A stretch of 64,000 bases of DNA. Origin: Intoshia linei. Lineage: Eukaryota > Animalia > Orthonectida. The DNA lies in contig LWCA01000003.1 of assembly GCA_001642005.1 (NCBI GenBank), forward strand, positions 62,001-126,000, given 5' to 3'. The position numbers and the translations under genes are program-made. Shown here piece after piece: positions 40,901 to 53,281 of the stretch; position 1 is the stretch's first letter, and each line of letters opens with the position of its first letter. A model generated the notes under the pieces. That model did no database searches, was not told the origin of the DNA, and saw nothing but the letters and a program-made list of their open reading frames with translations.

Positions 40901-43900
40901 GAAAATATGAGATATTCCGATTTTATATTGGGTGGTTTATTGAATAACGGTGAATGGGAATCCAAACAACTAAAAGAATCAATTTTGGGAATGTAATGAT
41001 TCATGTACACAAATTTATTCAGGTACGTCGCATGATCGTTCCATAATTTCAACAGAGATTGTCTAAACATGTCAATGAAATCATAACAATAGGTTGTAGC
41101 CAAATTAGTAGCCTTAAGTCTTTTCATTTGTAATTTATCCCTAGTGGGATAAGGTAAACTTGTAGAAACTCCTCGCCAGAAAGCATGCTCATCATCAGTA
41201 AAATATGGTTCATAAATATAACTATTTGTATCCGAATCAAAAACTTCCCGGTACATGACAATTTCCAGTCGGTAACCTTTCTCGTTTGCAATAGTAACTC
41301 TAATGACTTGAGTTGGCGAATCTTCACTCAATTTAACATTAAATTTAATCTCAGATTGCAAAATCCGCTGTTTCCATAATCTCGCTCCATACGTCAAAAC
41401 AATATCATGCACAGTATCGGTAATGACCCTGACATCACTAATCACCAAAGTAGGTACAAAATTAAGGAAAATGTGATTACAATCAAATCTATGAGGTGAA
41501 TTTTCGCGCGAAATGGCCAATTCCAAAGCATCAAGGGCTTCGAGAACCATCCTTTCCCCTTCGCTTTTAAGGTATTCAAGTGAAGTAAATCTCGTAGTTA
41601 AATTGCAATGTCTAATAATAGCTCTCACAAAGTACCTATAATCAGTTGTATCTGGTTTGTTGGAACTTCCCTGGTAAATATGCATGCGGTGGTTTTCAAT
41701 TGGAACAAGGTCAATATTAAAAGAGGACAAACGATTAATTTCAAGCTGAAATGCCAATGCCGGTTCAAGGTTTCGGTAAATTTTATCTTCTCTAAAATTG
41801 AGTCGATTTCGATACGTAAAATACAACGGATAGCTGTCTTGGTTTATGATTATAAATGTTATGCGCCTAACGTGTTCGTTTTTCAATAATTCTGCATGTT
41901 TTTCACAAAAATTTCCAAATAAGGTAGCAAAGTAATTATCGTCAAATATTTCATCTTCTTTTATGGTAGAATTTACTCTAGGGTCAAAAGAAATCGAGGC
42001 ACTAATAATACGACATCCCTCTTCTTCACAAGTATTTAAAATAGTTGAATGCGACGTGCAATTTTTCCCAGTACAACCCACGGTTTTGGAACGTTTACAT
42101 CGTTTATAGTTACGCTGTAATTTCGATCGATTAGAAGAATCTGAAATGTTAAACCTGTTGTCGCCGCTAGTATACGGCGGAGAATAAACTCCAGTAGAGT
42201 TTTTTCTAGAAAAAATATTTGAAGATGATTTAGAACGGTAATGTTTAGTTTGGCTAAATTCATCAAATATGTCGATGCTGGAATCACCCGATGAAACAAT
42301 ACTATGAAAAGATTGTTCAAAGTCTTGGTAGGAAGTAAACGCACAAATTAATCCGATTCGATCACAAGCTAAATTGGCAATTTGATAAGAAAATGCTTCG
42401 CCCATCTGTGGAGTGAGAGGAGGTAAAGTCACAACAGTTTTAGGAGAATTTGAAGTAGCGCTTATGTTTGGATGAGTTATAGGAAGAACCAATTGAAATT
42501 CTAAAACAAAATTGTCCGTTTCGCTATCATAAGAAGTGTTTGACGATGAACCTTTGCGGATTTTATATCTATCAGTATAACAAAAAGATTTGATTTGAAG
42601 TTTTGTAAATTTATCTGCATAATTGGAGGGTGTCGGGCAATTGCTATTGTAAGGTAAATTAATTTCAAAACTGTGTTCGTTAACTCTGTAATGTTGTATG
42701 GAAAGAATGTCGTATGCGATGTAAGACCTACGAATGTACACTTCCAATGCAGCCATACGAACCAGACTATTCCGATGATAAAAGAAATCTGTGAGAACGT
42801 CATATATACCGTTTTCTGATACAACTAAATCACGAAGAATATCATTCTTACAATTCTTTTGAATGCAACTGGTTGCATTCAATAAAATGGACTCTACGTT
42901 ATTATGCCTCACTTCGTATTTCGGTTGAAAAGCTACAAAAAGCAATTCTCTGGCTCTCAAAGCAACCTTTCTATTTTCTGGAAGACACAGAGTGGTAATT
43001 TTGTTCAAAGTATCCTTTAAAAATTCTGTTGATTCAGGGTCGAATTGCTGAATAAAATCAATAAGTGCTAAAACGCACATATTGCTTTGTTTCACCTTAC
43101 TGTGAGCAAAAATATATTTTGTAATAACTTCAAGGTCATTGTCAAATTTTTCTCGTAAAGCAGAAACACACCTATCGTACTGTCCCTTTTGAAACAAAAC
43201 TTGAATTTCATAGTAAATTTCCAATAAATCTTTAAAAACATTGCGCATAAAACCTTGCAACCCGCATTCGTATTTTACTAATAGAGATCGGAGATTTTCG
43301 ATAGTGACTAGGTAGATGGTTTGATCGGCTTTACTGTTCAACCCGGAGCAGTAACTTTTAATGATATCGACAATTTTTTCCACCGGAAAATCCGACATGA
43401 CGGACGTAAAATTCCTTTGATAAGTGTGGACGACTTCGTAAACTTCTCGCAAAACATTTGTCTGCATTGTATCATTTAGCATGTAAATGACATTGTTTAG
43501 TTCAAGGATTGGAAGAGATGGGTTGAGCAGCAGGTTTCCAAGAAAGTGAATGTTTGAAACTATTAAATTTGTACAATACGGTTCTTGAATGTGATATCCA
43601 TACAATGTTTGTTTTACCAAATTAAAAATTCTTTCATATCTTTCCTTGGGCCCCACTCCTCCAAAATCAGCATCCATTGTCATATATAGCGGAAATTTTT
43701 CCTTATAAACTTCTAAATTTGATTTGGTTGTTGGGTCGTCCAAAGTTAACGTTGCAATTAGTCCAGAATTTTCTACTACAACTCCTTCGCGTTTCACGTA
43801 ATGAATTAATCCAGAATATACAACTTTCAATTCCATAATCATTTTCATGACCTCCACTTCGGCGTAGACATCATTTGCATTAACGTGGTCGCCATCTTCT

Positions 43901-46716
43901 ACCAAATACCTGACGAGTTTTCCAGTGGTAGGAGACATGAGCAAAGAAGGGTCCATAGCTTTCATAAAAACACATGTTTTATTGTTAATCATGGATACAT
44001 AACTAGTGGGGCATTCTTTCACGTAGACCATATGAGAACATTTGTTGATTGTCAGCAATAAACCACCATCCAATACTTTATGAATATTTACCTCCATAAT
44101 ACTGTCATTTAAAATTACAAAAAATACATATTCCGATATTTTTGCGACCATAATGTTGTATTTATATCCATCGTATTCGAGATCTACAGTTTTACAATTG
44201 CTAATAGTTTCTTGACCACATATCTGACCTTTTTCCAATTTATCTTTAAATATCTGAAATTTTAGTTGAATGTCAACAAAAGCAATATGCAGAGCCGTAC
44301 AAACTGTGGCAATTAATGGGTCAGGTTTTTCGGACTTTAGTTTTAATCTGATGAAACCATCTAACCAACCGGTATCAATTTTATTATCTTGAAATGAATC
44401 TTCTTCAAAAAGAGAAATTAAATACTCAACAGTTGTTCTGAAATCACTTAAAATACTAAATTCTTTTAATGCTAAGACCATTCCTTGTCTAGCTTCTTCT
44501 CTGTGGTTTCCCCAAGCAAATATATGTCCAAATTGTGAATCCGCATATTCGTGCAAACTACCCGATGAAGAGACTGAAAAATAACCCCACGCATCTCGAC
44601 TACTTTTAAAATTCAAATCATGAACGCGACCTGAACTGGGTTGAAATCCTTCTTCAGGGTTTTCACATGTTATCCTGGCTGCCATCACAAAACCACATGG
44701 AATAGGTCTAAAGTAACATTAATTTCGTGAAATAAAATTTAAGTACCTTATAGAAAAATCAATATCCGTGTCCACGTCAGGATCACACCCGAAAAATTGT
44801 CGGATGTCTCGTATATTTTTCAATGGAATGCCCATGGCCACATGAAGCTGCGCGGCAGGTAAATTTACTAAGGTAACCATTTCTGTACATGGATGTTCTA
44901 CCTGCAATCGCGGATTTAATTCCAAAAAAAAGTATTTTTTTGCCTTAATGTCATACAAAAATTCAACCGTTCCAGCACTAACATATCCAACCAATTTAGC
45001 TAATCTTATAGAATCCTAAAATTTTATGAAATGATAATTTTTAATTCCTACAATTTCCATTTTTTTTTGTATTTCTAATGAGGCCACGGATATTGGCGCT
45101 TCTTCGATAATTTTTTGATGTCTTCTTTGAACAGAACAATCTCTTCCAAATAATGATATCACGTTTCCATACTGGTCCGCCAACAATTGGATTTCCAAGT
45201 GTCTTACATTTTCAGCCAATTTCATAACAAATATAGGGGACGTTGGACATTCAGCCAATACCTAAAAGCAGAATTTAGCATTGTTTAGTTTGTGTTACTT
45301 GTCGGAAAAGTTTAGGAATATCGCCCAAATCATTTACCATTCTGATTCCTTTACCTAATACACTTGTATTATCAAAATAGTTTTGAATACCTCCTCCGCC
45401 CTCTGAAGCTTTGATCATGACGGGTATTTTTATTTTTCGAGCAATTTCCACAGCTTCTTCTGGCGTTTTTACTAATGCTTTATCGAAAATATTCATGGGA
45501 ACATTGATATGCTTTTCTCTGTCATTTTGTATATCCTCGCTCAAGAATACATCTATAAAATAAATAATTGAATAACGCCTCAAATTAAAAACCTGATCCG
45601 CTCCATGGCAGGGTTGGCACTCCACACGATTGAGCAATAATTGTAGATGCAATTTTGTCTCCCAAAGACCACATGGCATTTGTGTGGGGTCCTAATTACA
45701 ATACATTAACATCAACGTATACTCAATAAATACCTATAAAAATTATCCCATTAGCATCCAACATGGCCGGTAATCTTGGGTTCTCAGAAGCATGTCCCCA
45801 TCCAGCAAAAACAGCCTATAAATAAACAGTTTAGAAAAATTCTTCGTATATTGGAATACATCGACATTTGCTTTAATTGCCAATTTTACAATACATTCTA
45901 TGGAAGCATAATTGTTTACATTCGATCCACCTGGTACAGGTAAAAAATGATCTGCCATGCGTATAAAATCTATTTTATATTTCATAAACATAATCAGGGT
46001 GGTTAAATTATAAATGTATAACATACCCGCGTTTGCTTTTAAATCATCCGGAGTCACCATTGCAATGAATTTTATGTAACGGTCATTATTAAAAACTTCA
46101 TATGCCCACCTAGATATTAAAGTTAAGGTAGATAATTCAATACTTTCTAATAGACCGCATGCACTTAACCGCAGCTATTCCATTATTTGCAATTAAAATC
46201 TAAAAACAATGGCTTATTTGTCAAAAAAACATATACCGATCTGATAATGCGCTTTCCACCCTTCATAGCGACGTACATTTCTAGTTTACTGTAATCATTT
46301 TCGACGTTTTTAATCTTTTTGGTCGATAAACCTCTTCCACGTTCTTTAAAAATTGAAGGACAGCTAAAGAGTAATATTAAGGTCAATTGCACGAGTAATT
46401 ATATAATCAATTTAAAAAACCTGTATTTACGTACATTGCTTCGAATTCCTCTTGAGGTTTCTTGTTTGATTAAATCATTTTCACTTTTGTTTAGTATAAT
46501 TTTATTTACATGTGAAGGTTTGTTTGGTACTTTTTTTTCTGAATCATCACTGTGATATTCATTGAAGTCATCCATTACAGAAAATTTGACACGGCTATTA
46601 GACGGCTAAAAGATTATAAAACCTTGAAAATACGGTTAACTTACTTGTTTACCGATTTTACCCTTTTTTATTTGAATGGACTGTAATTTAGTATCATTTT
46701 GATCTGGTTTACTCAT
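37945..46716 (-). CDS. ACC: Acetyl-CoA carboxylase (BC-BCCP-central-CT)
   Basis: [50 protein letters not shown], biotin site [63 protein letters not shown]; one 4520-bp exon at 40188-44707. Confidence 0.97.
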
Positions 46717-47144
46717 TTCAACTTTCTATTTTATCTACCCAAAATTAAATATGATAAATATAATGGGACCATAATTTGAAATAAAATACAACTTAATTAA
46801 GATTGATATAACTACACATGCTATGTGAGGCCATTCAATTTAAAATTACCAATTAATTCAAATTTTAAAATTGCATCACGTATATTTCCATGTTTATATG
46901 GATATTGAAACCCCAAAGTTTATTACAAAACAAAGTACAATTATCTGTACAAAAACGCAATATTTACACATTTTTATATGCAATAGTTAAAAGTAGTGAT
47001 CCATTTTTGGAATTTTTAAAAAAAACTAGTATGATTTTATAGAAAAGTACATACAAAATGTGTATAAACTAAATTTCATTCGCATCAACGTGATCTACTT
47101 TAATTCATTGTAATACAATTTGTACAATTTATATAAATTGTACA

Positions 47145-47682
47145 ATGTTGTTCTCTAGAAACAATTGTAAACAAATGGAACTTTATCAGGAAAATGTTGA
47201 GTGTAAACCTGCAAATATTAGAGTAAAAAAACCTCGTAGAATCATTCATTGTTCCAATGGCACTTTACCAGAATATTCTACAGACGAAGAAAGTGAATGT
47301 GGCAATATACAAATTGCTGATACTGTAATATATTCAATTGCATTTTATAATGTTTATTAGTCTTCTATGACTTGGCTACATTACGCATATCATCTTTCTG
47401 GTACGTTTGGATATAAAACCCTTGCATGTAATGTTAAGTGGTTTTATATTTTATTATTTAAAAATTAGGGGTAGATTATTTTGGATCCAAAATTGCTTGG
47501 TTTCTGGGTATTACATCCCCTAAATATGCTAGTGAAATGAATTATTACAAAAGATTGGAGGTATTTTTAATTTTCCATTTATATTCATTAAAACTGATCT
47601 ATTTTAAAAGATTTTTTCAATTTGGATTATATCGGTTTTCAGGTGGGTTTAGAACCAAGAAAATCAAGAGACGTCAACAAAT
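47145..47682 (+). CDS. FAM177A1: FAM177 family protein; 3' end ambiguous
   Basis: KKPRRIIHCSNGTLPEYSTDEE and DYFGSKIAWFLGITSPKY...YYKR match FAM177 motifs; exons 47145-47324, 47361-47427 and 47469-47560. Confidence 0.85.
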
Positions 47683-47767
47683 GTTATCATTATTTTTATT
47701 TAATTTAAAATTTCACTTTACTGATTGTTTTTCGGTTTATTATACGTTCATAAATTTTATAGAATGA

Positions 47768-48094
47768 CTAGGTTAACTGTTATGTACTACATACAAACAG
47801 GACATTTTTATAATATTTAAAAAATAAATTCACGTTGAAAATCTAATTTAAAAATCCTACTATTCACTATTATCAATCCTTTAAATAAGTGGTTCCAAAA
47901 TTTGTGTCAGGTGGAACCATCATATCACATTACTTTTTACTTTAAAGTGAATTATTCCATCTTAATTTTTTGTTTGTTAATATTTAAAAATAAAGTAAAA
48001 ACAGTCCAATCCTAAAAATTATCATAAATAGCATAAATTCCAGAAAAAATAAAATTATAAAAACCTATTTTGTCAATTTCAATGTGATGTATAT
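47768..48094 (-). mobile_element. Helitron family copy (3' part, small internal deletion)
   Basis: A|CTAGGTTAACTGTTATGTACTACATACAAACAG plus body shared with 57404, 58585 and 61656. Confidence 0.85.
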
Positions 48095-48640
48095 CAGGGA
48101 TGGCCAATTTGATTTTTTAGAGATCGACTTTATATTTTTTGAAATACTAGTGATCGACTATACTGAAATTCAATAAGTACATATGACATAAGTAATAGGA
48201 CATTATAATATAAATTAAAAAANTAAATGACGTCTCAATTTGCTTGGTTTAAGTGAGGAAATTGATAATGTTCCATAAAAAACAACGCATTGCGGTTTAA
48301 TAATACCGTCAACAATAATTGATGTAAATCGAAATTCAATATAGGACTCTTGATATTTCCTTTTTTTATTATCTATAAATTAGGGTAAATGATTAATAAA
48401 ATACTTATTGAAAATGAGCTTTATTTTCTTGAGATTAAGTAATGTTCAATTTACAATAAACTTATACATTATTTTTAATTGTGAATACAAACTTAATTTT
48501 TATTTTTACTTTTTAAATTATTTAAAAAATCAATTTATTTTTTATAATTCAAAATTTTATTTAAACTTGCGGACCCCGAAAATGGTCTCACGGACCCTAG
48601 TTTGAGAACCACTGATTCAGATAATTAAAAAATTTTAAAG

Positions 48641-49547
48641 GTTTATTTCATATGCATGAAAACCAGAATAATGAAAAAGTTTATGATGTATTTAAAACAC
48701 CGTTTCATGCTCCTTATGAAAACCCTCTTTCTGTTTTACCTCGAATGTCTAGTAATATTTACATTGTAGTATACATTTATTTAAATTAAAAATGTAGTGG
48801 AAATTACGCCTGATAGTGAATACCCATCTGTAGCTACACCTGGTTATATTAAACCTCCAATGACACCACTTAATGAATCCAATATATTGAATGAAAAGCC
48901 ACTTTGGATCGGTTTGATTGAATCATGATGACATTTTTATTTTAATGTTTAAATTTCTACGTTAGGATTTCTGGATTGGGTAGATAGATTGGATGTGATT
49001 ATTGGACATACGTTTACAAATACGACTCCAAAAACGCGAAAAATTAAAATTGAAATGTTTTGTTATAAGGATGATGTATTTGCGTATTTACTAAAAAATA
49101 AAAATCCATTTTTATTAGAACTCCGGAATTATTTGGAGATGTGTTGAGAATGAATTTTATTAGTAGACCAATGGTTAGAAATTTGAAAAATTTACTAATT
49201 GGTGCAAATCGGTATTTGATTAAATTCCATTCTGATAATAGTACTGAGGATATTGAAAATATTCTTGTCACGATAAAGAAATTTGGGGTAATTTATGTTA
49301 TTTATTAAAATAAACCAAAAGTTGCCCGTTTTGATAGCGTCAAATGGATTTACACAATTATATTATATTTTAGGCTGGATATGTTCGATTAAATTTAAAA
49401 ATGTCAGAGTTGGGATATTTACCTACGATTGTTATGGTTAAAGAAAATATTAAAAATCAAATTTTTGGTTTGAGTCCTAGGAATCCTAAACTTTTTAATA
49501 ATGCTTTGGCTCAAATTATCTCAATGATTAAAAAGGTTTCTTTTTGA
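48641..49547 (+). CDS. Multi-exon coding region, tentatively mitochondrial ribosome-binding factor A-like
   Basis: Five phase-consistent exons; AGYVRLNLKMSELGYLPTIVMVKE resembles the RBFA C-terminal motif ([25 protein letters not shown]); TGA at 49545-49547. Confidence 0.45.
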
Positions 49548-50434
49548 TTGATAGGAACCTTGCTGGGGCTGGGTGTTGTCTATATATGAGTTTAAAGTTT
49601 TTTATGTCATTGAACCATACAATTTAGAAAAATGTAACTAATCAATCAAATGTTCAATCTGCAAAAGGTATTGTGTCTGAATCAACAAATCAAAGCACCT
49701 AATTTTATTATATATTTTTTTCTTGTAAATACAGTTATTTGAAATATATATTCAGGTCGCTCTCATAATTTTCGAGACTGTGCACGGCATGCCAATCAAA
49801 TTTAATATATTACGTTTATTAATATATTTCAATAATACTGAGTTAATCCCATATAATATTAGTCGTACGTATAGCATAATGAAAATCTGTTTTCCACAAA
49901 ACTCGTGATTTCATTTTTAAATTTACCGTTTAAATAAATTTGTGAATTTTAAATTTTTTATATAATTTTAATAAAAATTTAAGTGTTTATTAGAATTATT
50001 ACCTTTTGACTACTACTGTATGATAAATAAATTTAGGTAAAATTACAAGTTACATAATTTATTATTGTAATTAGTTAAGAATAGGAATTCTTGAGATGCT
50101 AATTAATTTATGAATTAATTCTTTGTGAAGTTAATATGCCAACAATATCTATTTTTGCCGTAATTATAGACATTAATTTTAATTTATTTATCTATTATGA
50201 AAATATTTGATAAAATTTATACTTTAATTACTGAAATTTTTATTTGACTTATAATAATATTTTTTATTTATGGTTGATTGTTAATTAATGAATCGAATTG
50301 AGTAAATGAACAATTAATGTATAAATATATTAATAAGCATGTTGTTTTAAGTATTTTGTTGATAAGAAATATTGTTATTCACACTTGAAATTATTGTTAG
50401 TATAATGTATAACTGTAAATTTAAAACATTACAG

Positions 50435-52900
50435 ATAATGGAATGGATAGTAAGCTTCGAGTTTCCAAATTTTGATCAATCATTTGCAGTTGGATCTATA
50501 TACATTTCATTACTCACCGAAATAATAATCTTATGATATTCATAAACTATTCCATCAACTTTATAAGGCTGTAACACTATTGCAAATCCAGTTATGAAAA
50601 TCATCGTTTCAAAGCATATTGGGTTTTCCACTAGATTTATAAAATTAATTATATAGAGATACTAAAGCCTGTCGATCGAAATAATCGTAGATCAGTAGTT
50701 CCCAAACTGTATCCACTATGGACAACTTGTCACACAAAAAAAATGTGTGTGAACCACATAATTTTTAAAAAAATTTCCGTAATTCTGAACACGTCACTAA
50801 AATAATATTTACATTTTTTTATTATATATTCCTTAAATTGAAAATTTGACATTAATTTTGACATGGTAGCTCAATGGCGTAATTGAAAAAATTATTAATT
50901 TCAAACATAATTATGGTAAACTACCAGTGCCGAACCTACAGTATCCGAGAACCTTATACCGATGGATCTCAACGAAAATTTTTTTAAGCTGAGGCTTTAA
51001 TTCACTAAATTGAGAATTGAAAAATTTGCATATGAACTAATTTGTGTGTTAAATTTAAAATGTCAACTCAAGAGTCTTAAGAGGTGGATAGGGTTATATG
51101 ACATTATAATTCCTTTACAAATTTTTTTAAGGGGCTATTTTTCATTTTAGTAGTGACTACGAGCTTACTAGGTTCGGTTCTGGAAACGACTATCAAACTA
51201 AGTTAAATCGTTGCATAGATTAAATTTAACGCACGTCAAAAATTATTCACGTTAGTCAGTAAATTTTCACTTAATTTTTATAAAATGATAATTACATTCC
51301 GTCATTAATAATAATAAATGATCGATAATAAATAATATTATTGTTTAAAAAAAGGTTATTTTCATTTTATTAAAAATTTTTCTTGTGGACCACTTTGAGA
51401 ACCACTGTCGTAGATAGATAACATTTCTATATAGTATATACAATAATATAAATTTATCATGTTTTTACATGCATGTTGAACGTCTAAAACGACATCTTAT
51501 ATTCTTACTTATATAATATGCTATGCAATATTATGTCTTACCGTTTATTTCAATAACTATAAGTCTTAGAATTTTATAAAGTCCACATTTCAATTACAAT
51601 TTCTTCTAAGGGTGTTAGCAAAATAAATTTCAACTTCCCAAACTTACATTTTACGGATCAAAAAGCCAAAAGAAAAATTGTAACCAATTATTTTCAATCC
51701 CTGGTATTGAGTATAACCCATAATTCTATTGATATTTATATAAATTTACAAAATTAAGGCATCTTCATATTATTTTTAAAATCAAAAATAAATATTTTTT
51801 CTTCGGGAGAATATACATATGTGTAATATGAATTATCAACAGCATAGCGATAAACCATCTCACATGATTTATTGAATGATCCCAAATTTGTAATTTCAAC
51901 TTTTTCTGAAAAATATGCCAATTTCGCCGATTGCAATTTCATTCGTGTTTTATTATATTCCTAAATTAGTGAATATTGTACAATGTACATTTTACATGCC
52001 AGTGATTCTAAAACTTTTAATTATACTGTCATATTTCACGTTAAAATTGCTAATTATTACAAAAGTCTAATTCACATTGTCCATTATTTAGATCAGTAAT
52101 ATTGAACCTTTTCGTTTTGTTACCCCTTATGAAAATAAAAAATCGCAGAAAAGATCAAAAATTTTCTTTACATATTTAAACATGATCTTAGTATTCCAAA
52201 TAGCTAAGAAAAATTTTAAGTTGTATGCCAGAATGTAAAAATATTTTCGTAAAATTATTACTCTCAATATTAAGTAATTAAATTGTTAATAATAAAAAAT
52301 ATAATGATGAATTTTTCAAATTTTCGCGACCCACACTAAAAAACTAAACTTAAAAATTAAACTATTTTTTGTTATTAAATTTTACGTGAACCTTAGTTTA
52401 GAAACTACTGCTATACACTATATACTGTACACTATAACCAAAACTTGAAAATAAATATCGTCATTGAATATTTTTGTGTTCTTCACCAACATCAAAATCA
52501 ATACAATGCAATTCAATACAACACAAAAATTTAAAAACATAGCCTTTTCCATATTGAGTTTAGAAAATTCTTCTTGAAGACATTCTTGTATTTCCAAGTG
52601 TCTTGATTAAACCGAAATAATTATAAATACCAATAACTTCATAGGGCTGGCAACGTTAATAATTGGGGTCACGGTATGATATTTATATTTTTATATAATT
52701 ACATGTGATTTAATTAGTTCGATTTTAGCCAGTATTACATTTAAAATTCCTAAAAGTAGAAACTTTTCAACATTTTTTAGTATTTATTTTACATAGTATG
52801 TCATAAATAAACAAAAAAGTTGGTTGAAATACTTTTAGTTTGTTAATAATTACAGCCAGTTATGATGTTTCGAATAATGCCATTATATTGATATATAACG
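50435..52900 (-). CDS. Exons of an unidentified minus-strand gene, boundaries uncertain
   Basis: AG/GT-bounded open segments: YHTVTPIINVASPMKLL, HLEIQECLQEEFSKLNMEK, EYNKTRMKLQSAKLAYFSEK..., ENPICFETMIFITGFAIVLQPYKVDG..., IQLQMIDQNLETRSLLSIPLS. Confidence 0.4.
50693..51407. mobile_element. Buster-type hAT MITE containing a nested hAT MITE (50925-51182)
   Basis: Outer element CAGTAGTTCCCAAA / TTTGAGAACCACTG with perfect TSD tcgtagat. Inner element CAGTGCCGAACCTA / TAGGTTCGGTTCTG with TSD taaactac/gaaacgac. Confidence 0.9.
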
Positions 52901-52914
52901 TATTATACATAGCA

Positions 52915-53025
52915 CTAGGTTGAATGTTATGTACTACGTACAAACATCACCTAGCTCTACCGAGGGCACATTTTTATTCTAAAAATAAAAAAATAAATTC
53001 GCGTTGAAAATCTAACTTAAAAATG
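52915..53025 (-). mobile_element. Helitron family 3' fragment
   Basis: A|CTAGGTTGAATGTTATGTACTACGTACAAACATCACCTAGCTCTACCGAGGGCAC. Confidence 0.85.
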
Positions 53026-53281
53026 TTTTAAAATTATAATACTGAAAAATTGGGTCAATTGATTTTTATACAAAATTCTTAAAAATCTAGAGGGATTAAA
53101 TTTGTCAATAAATATAATCGATTTGCATACAAATTTTTCTCCTTAAACTCAATGGGGATTTAATATGTATTCTCTAGCTCAATTCAATTTATTTTCATTA
53201 TTATTACATTAAATTTTAATCACACTGTATTTATATTTTTTGATAATTTATTTTGAAAACTTAATTTACATTTACACGTGA

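Noticed and set aside
40754-42824. Antisense and alternate-frame ORFs overlapping ACC (and similar ones over the RhoGAP and EYA exons)
   Set aside because: They are shadows of real coding exons, with no motifs or splice support.
49536-49554. 19-nt GT-AG micro-intron
   Set aside because: It is much shorter than the other introns here, and reading through gives a normal stop (KVSF*).
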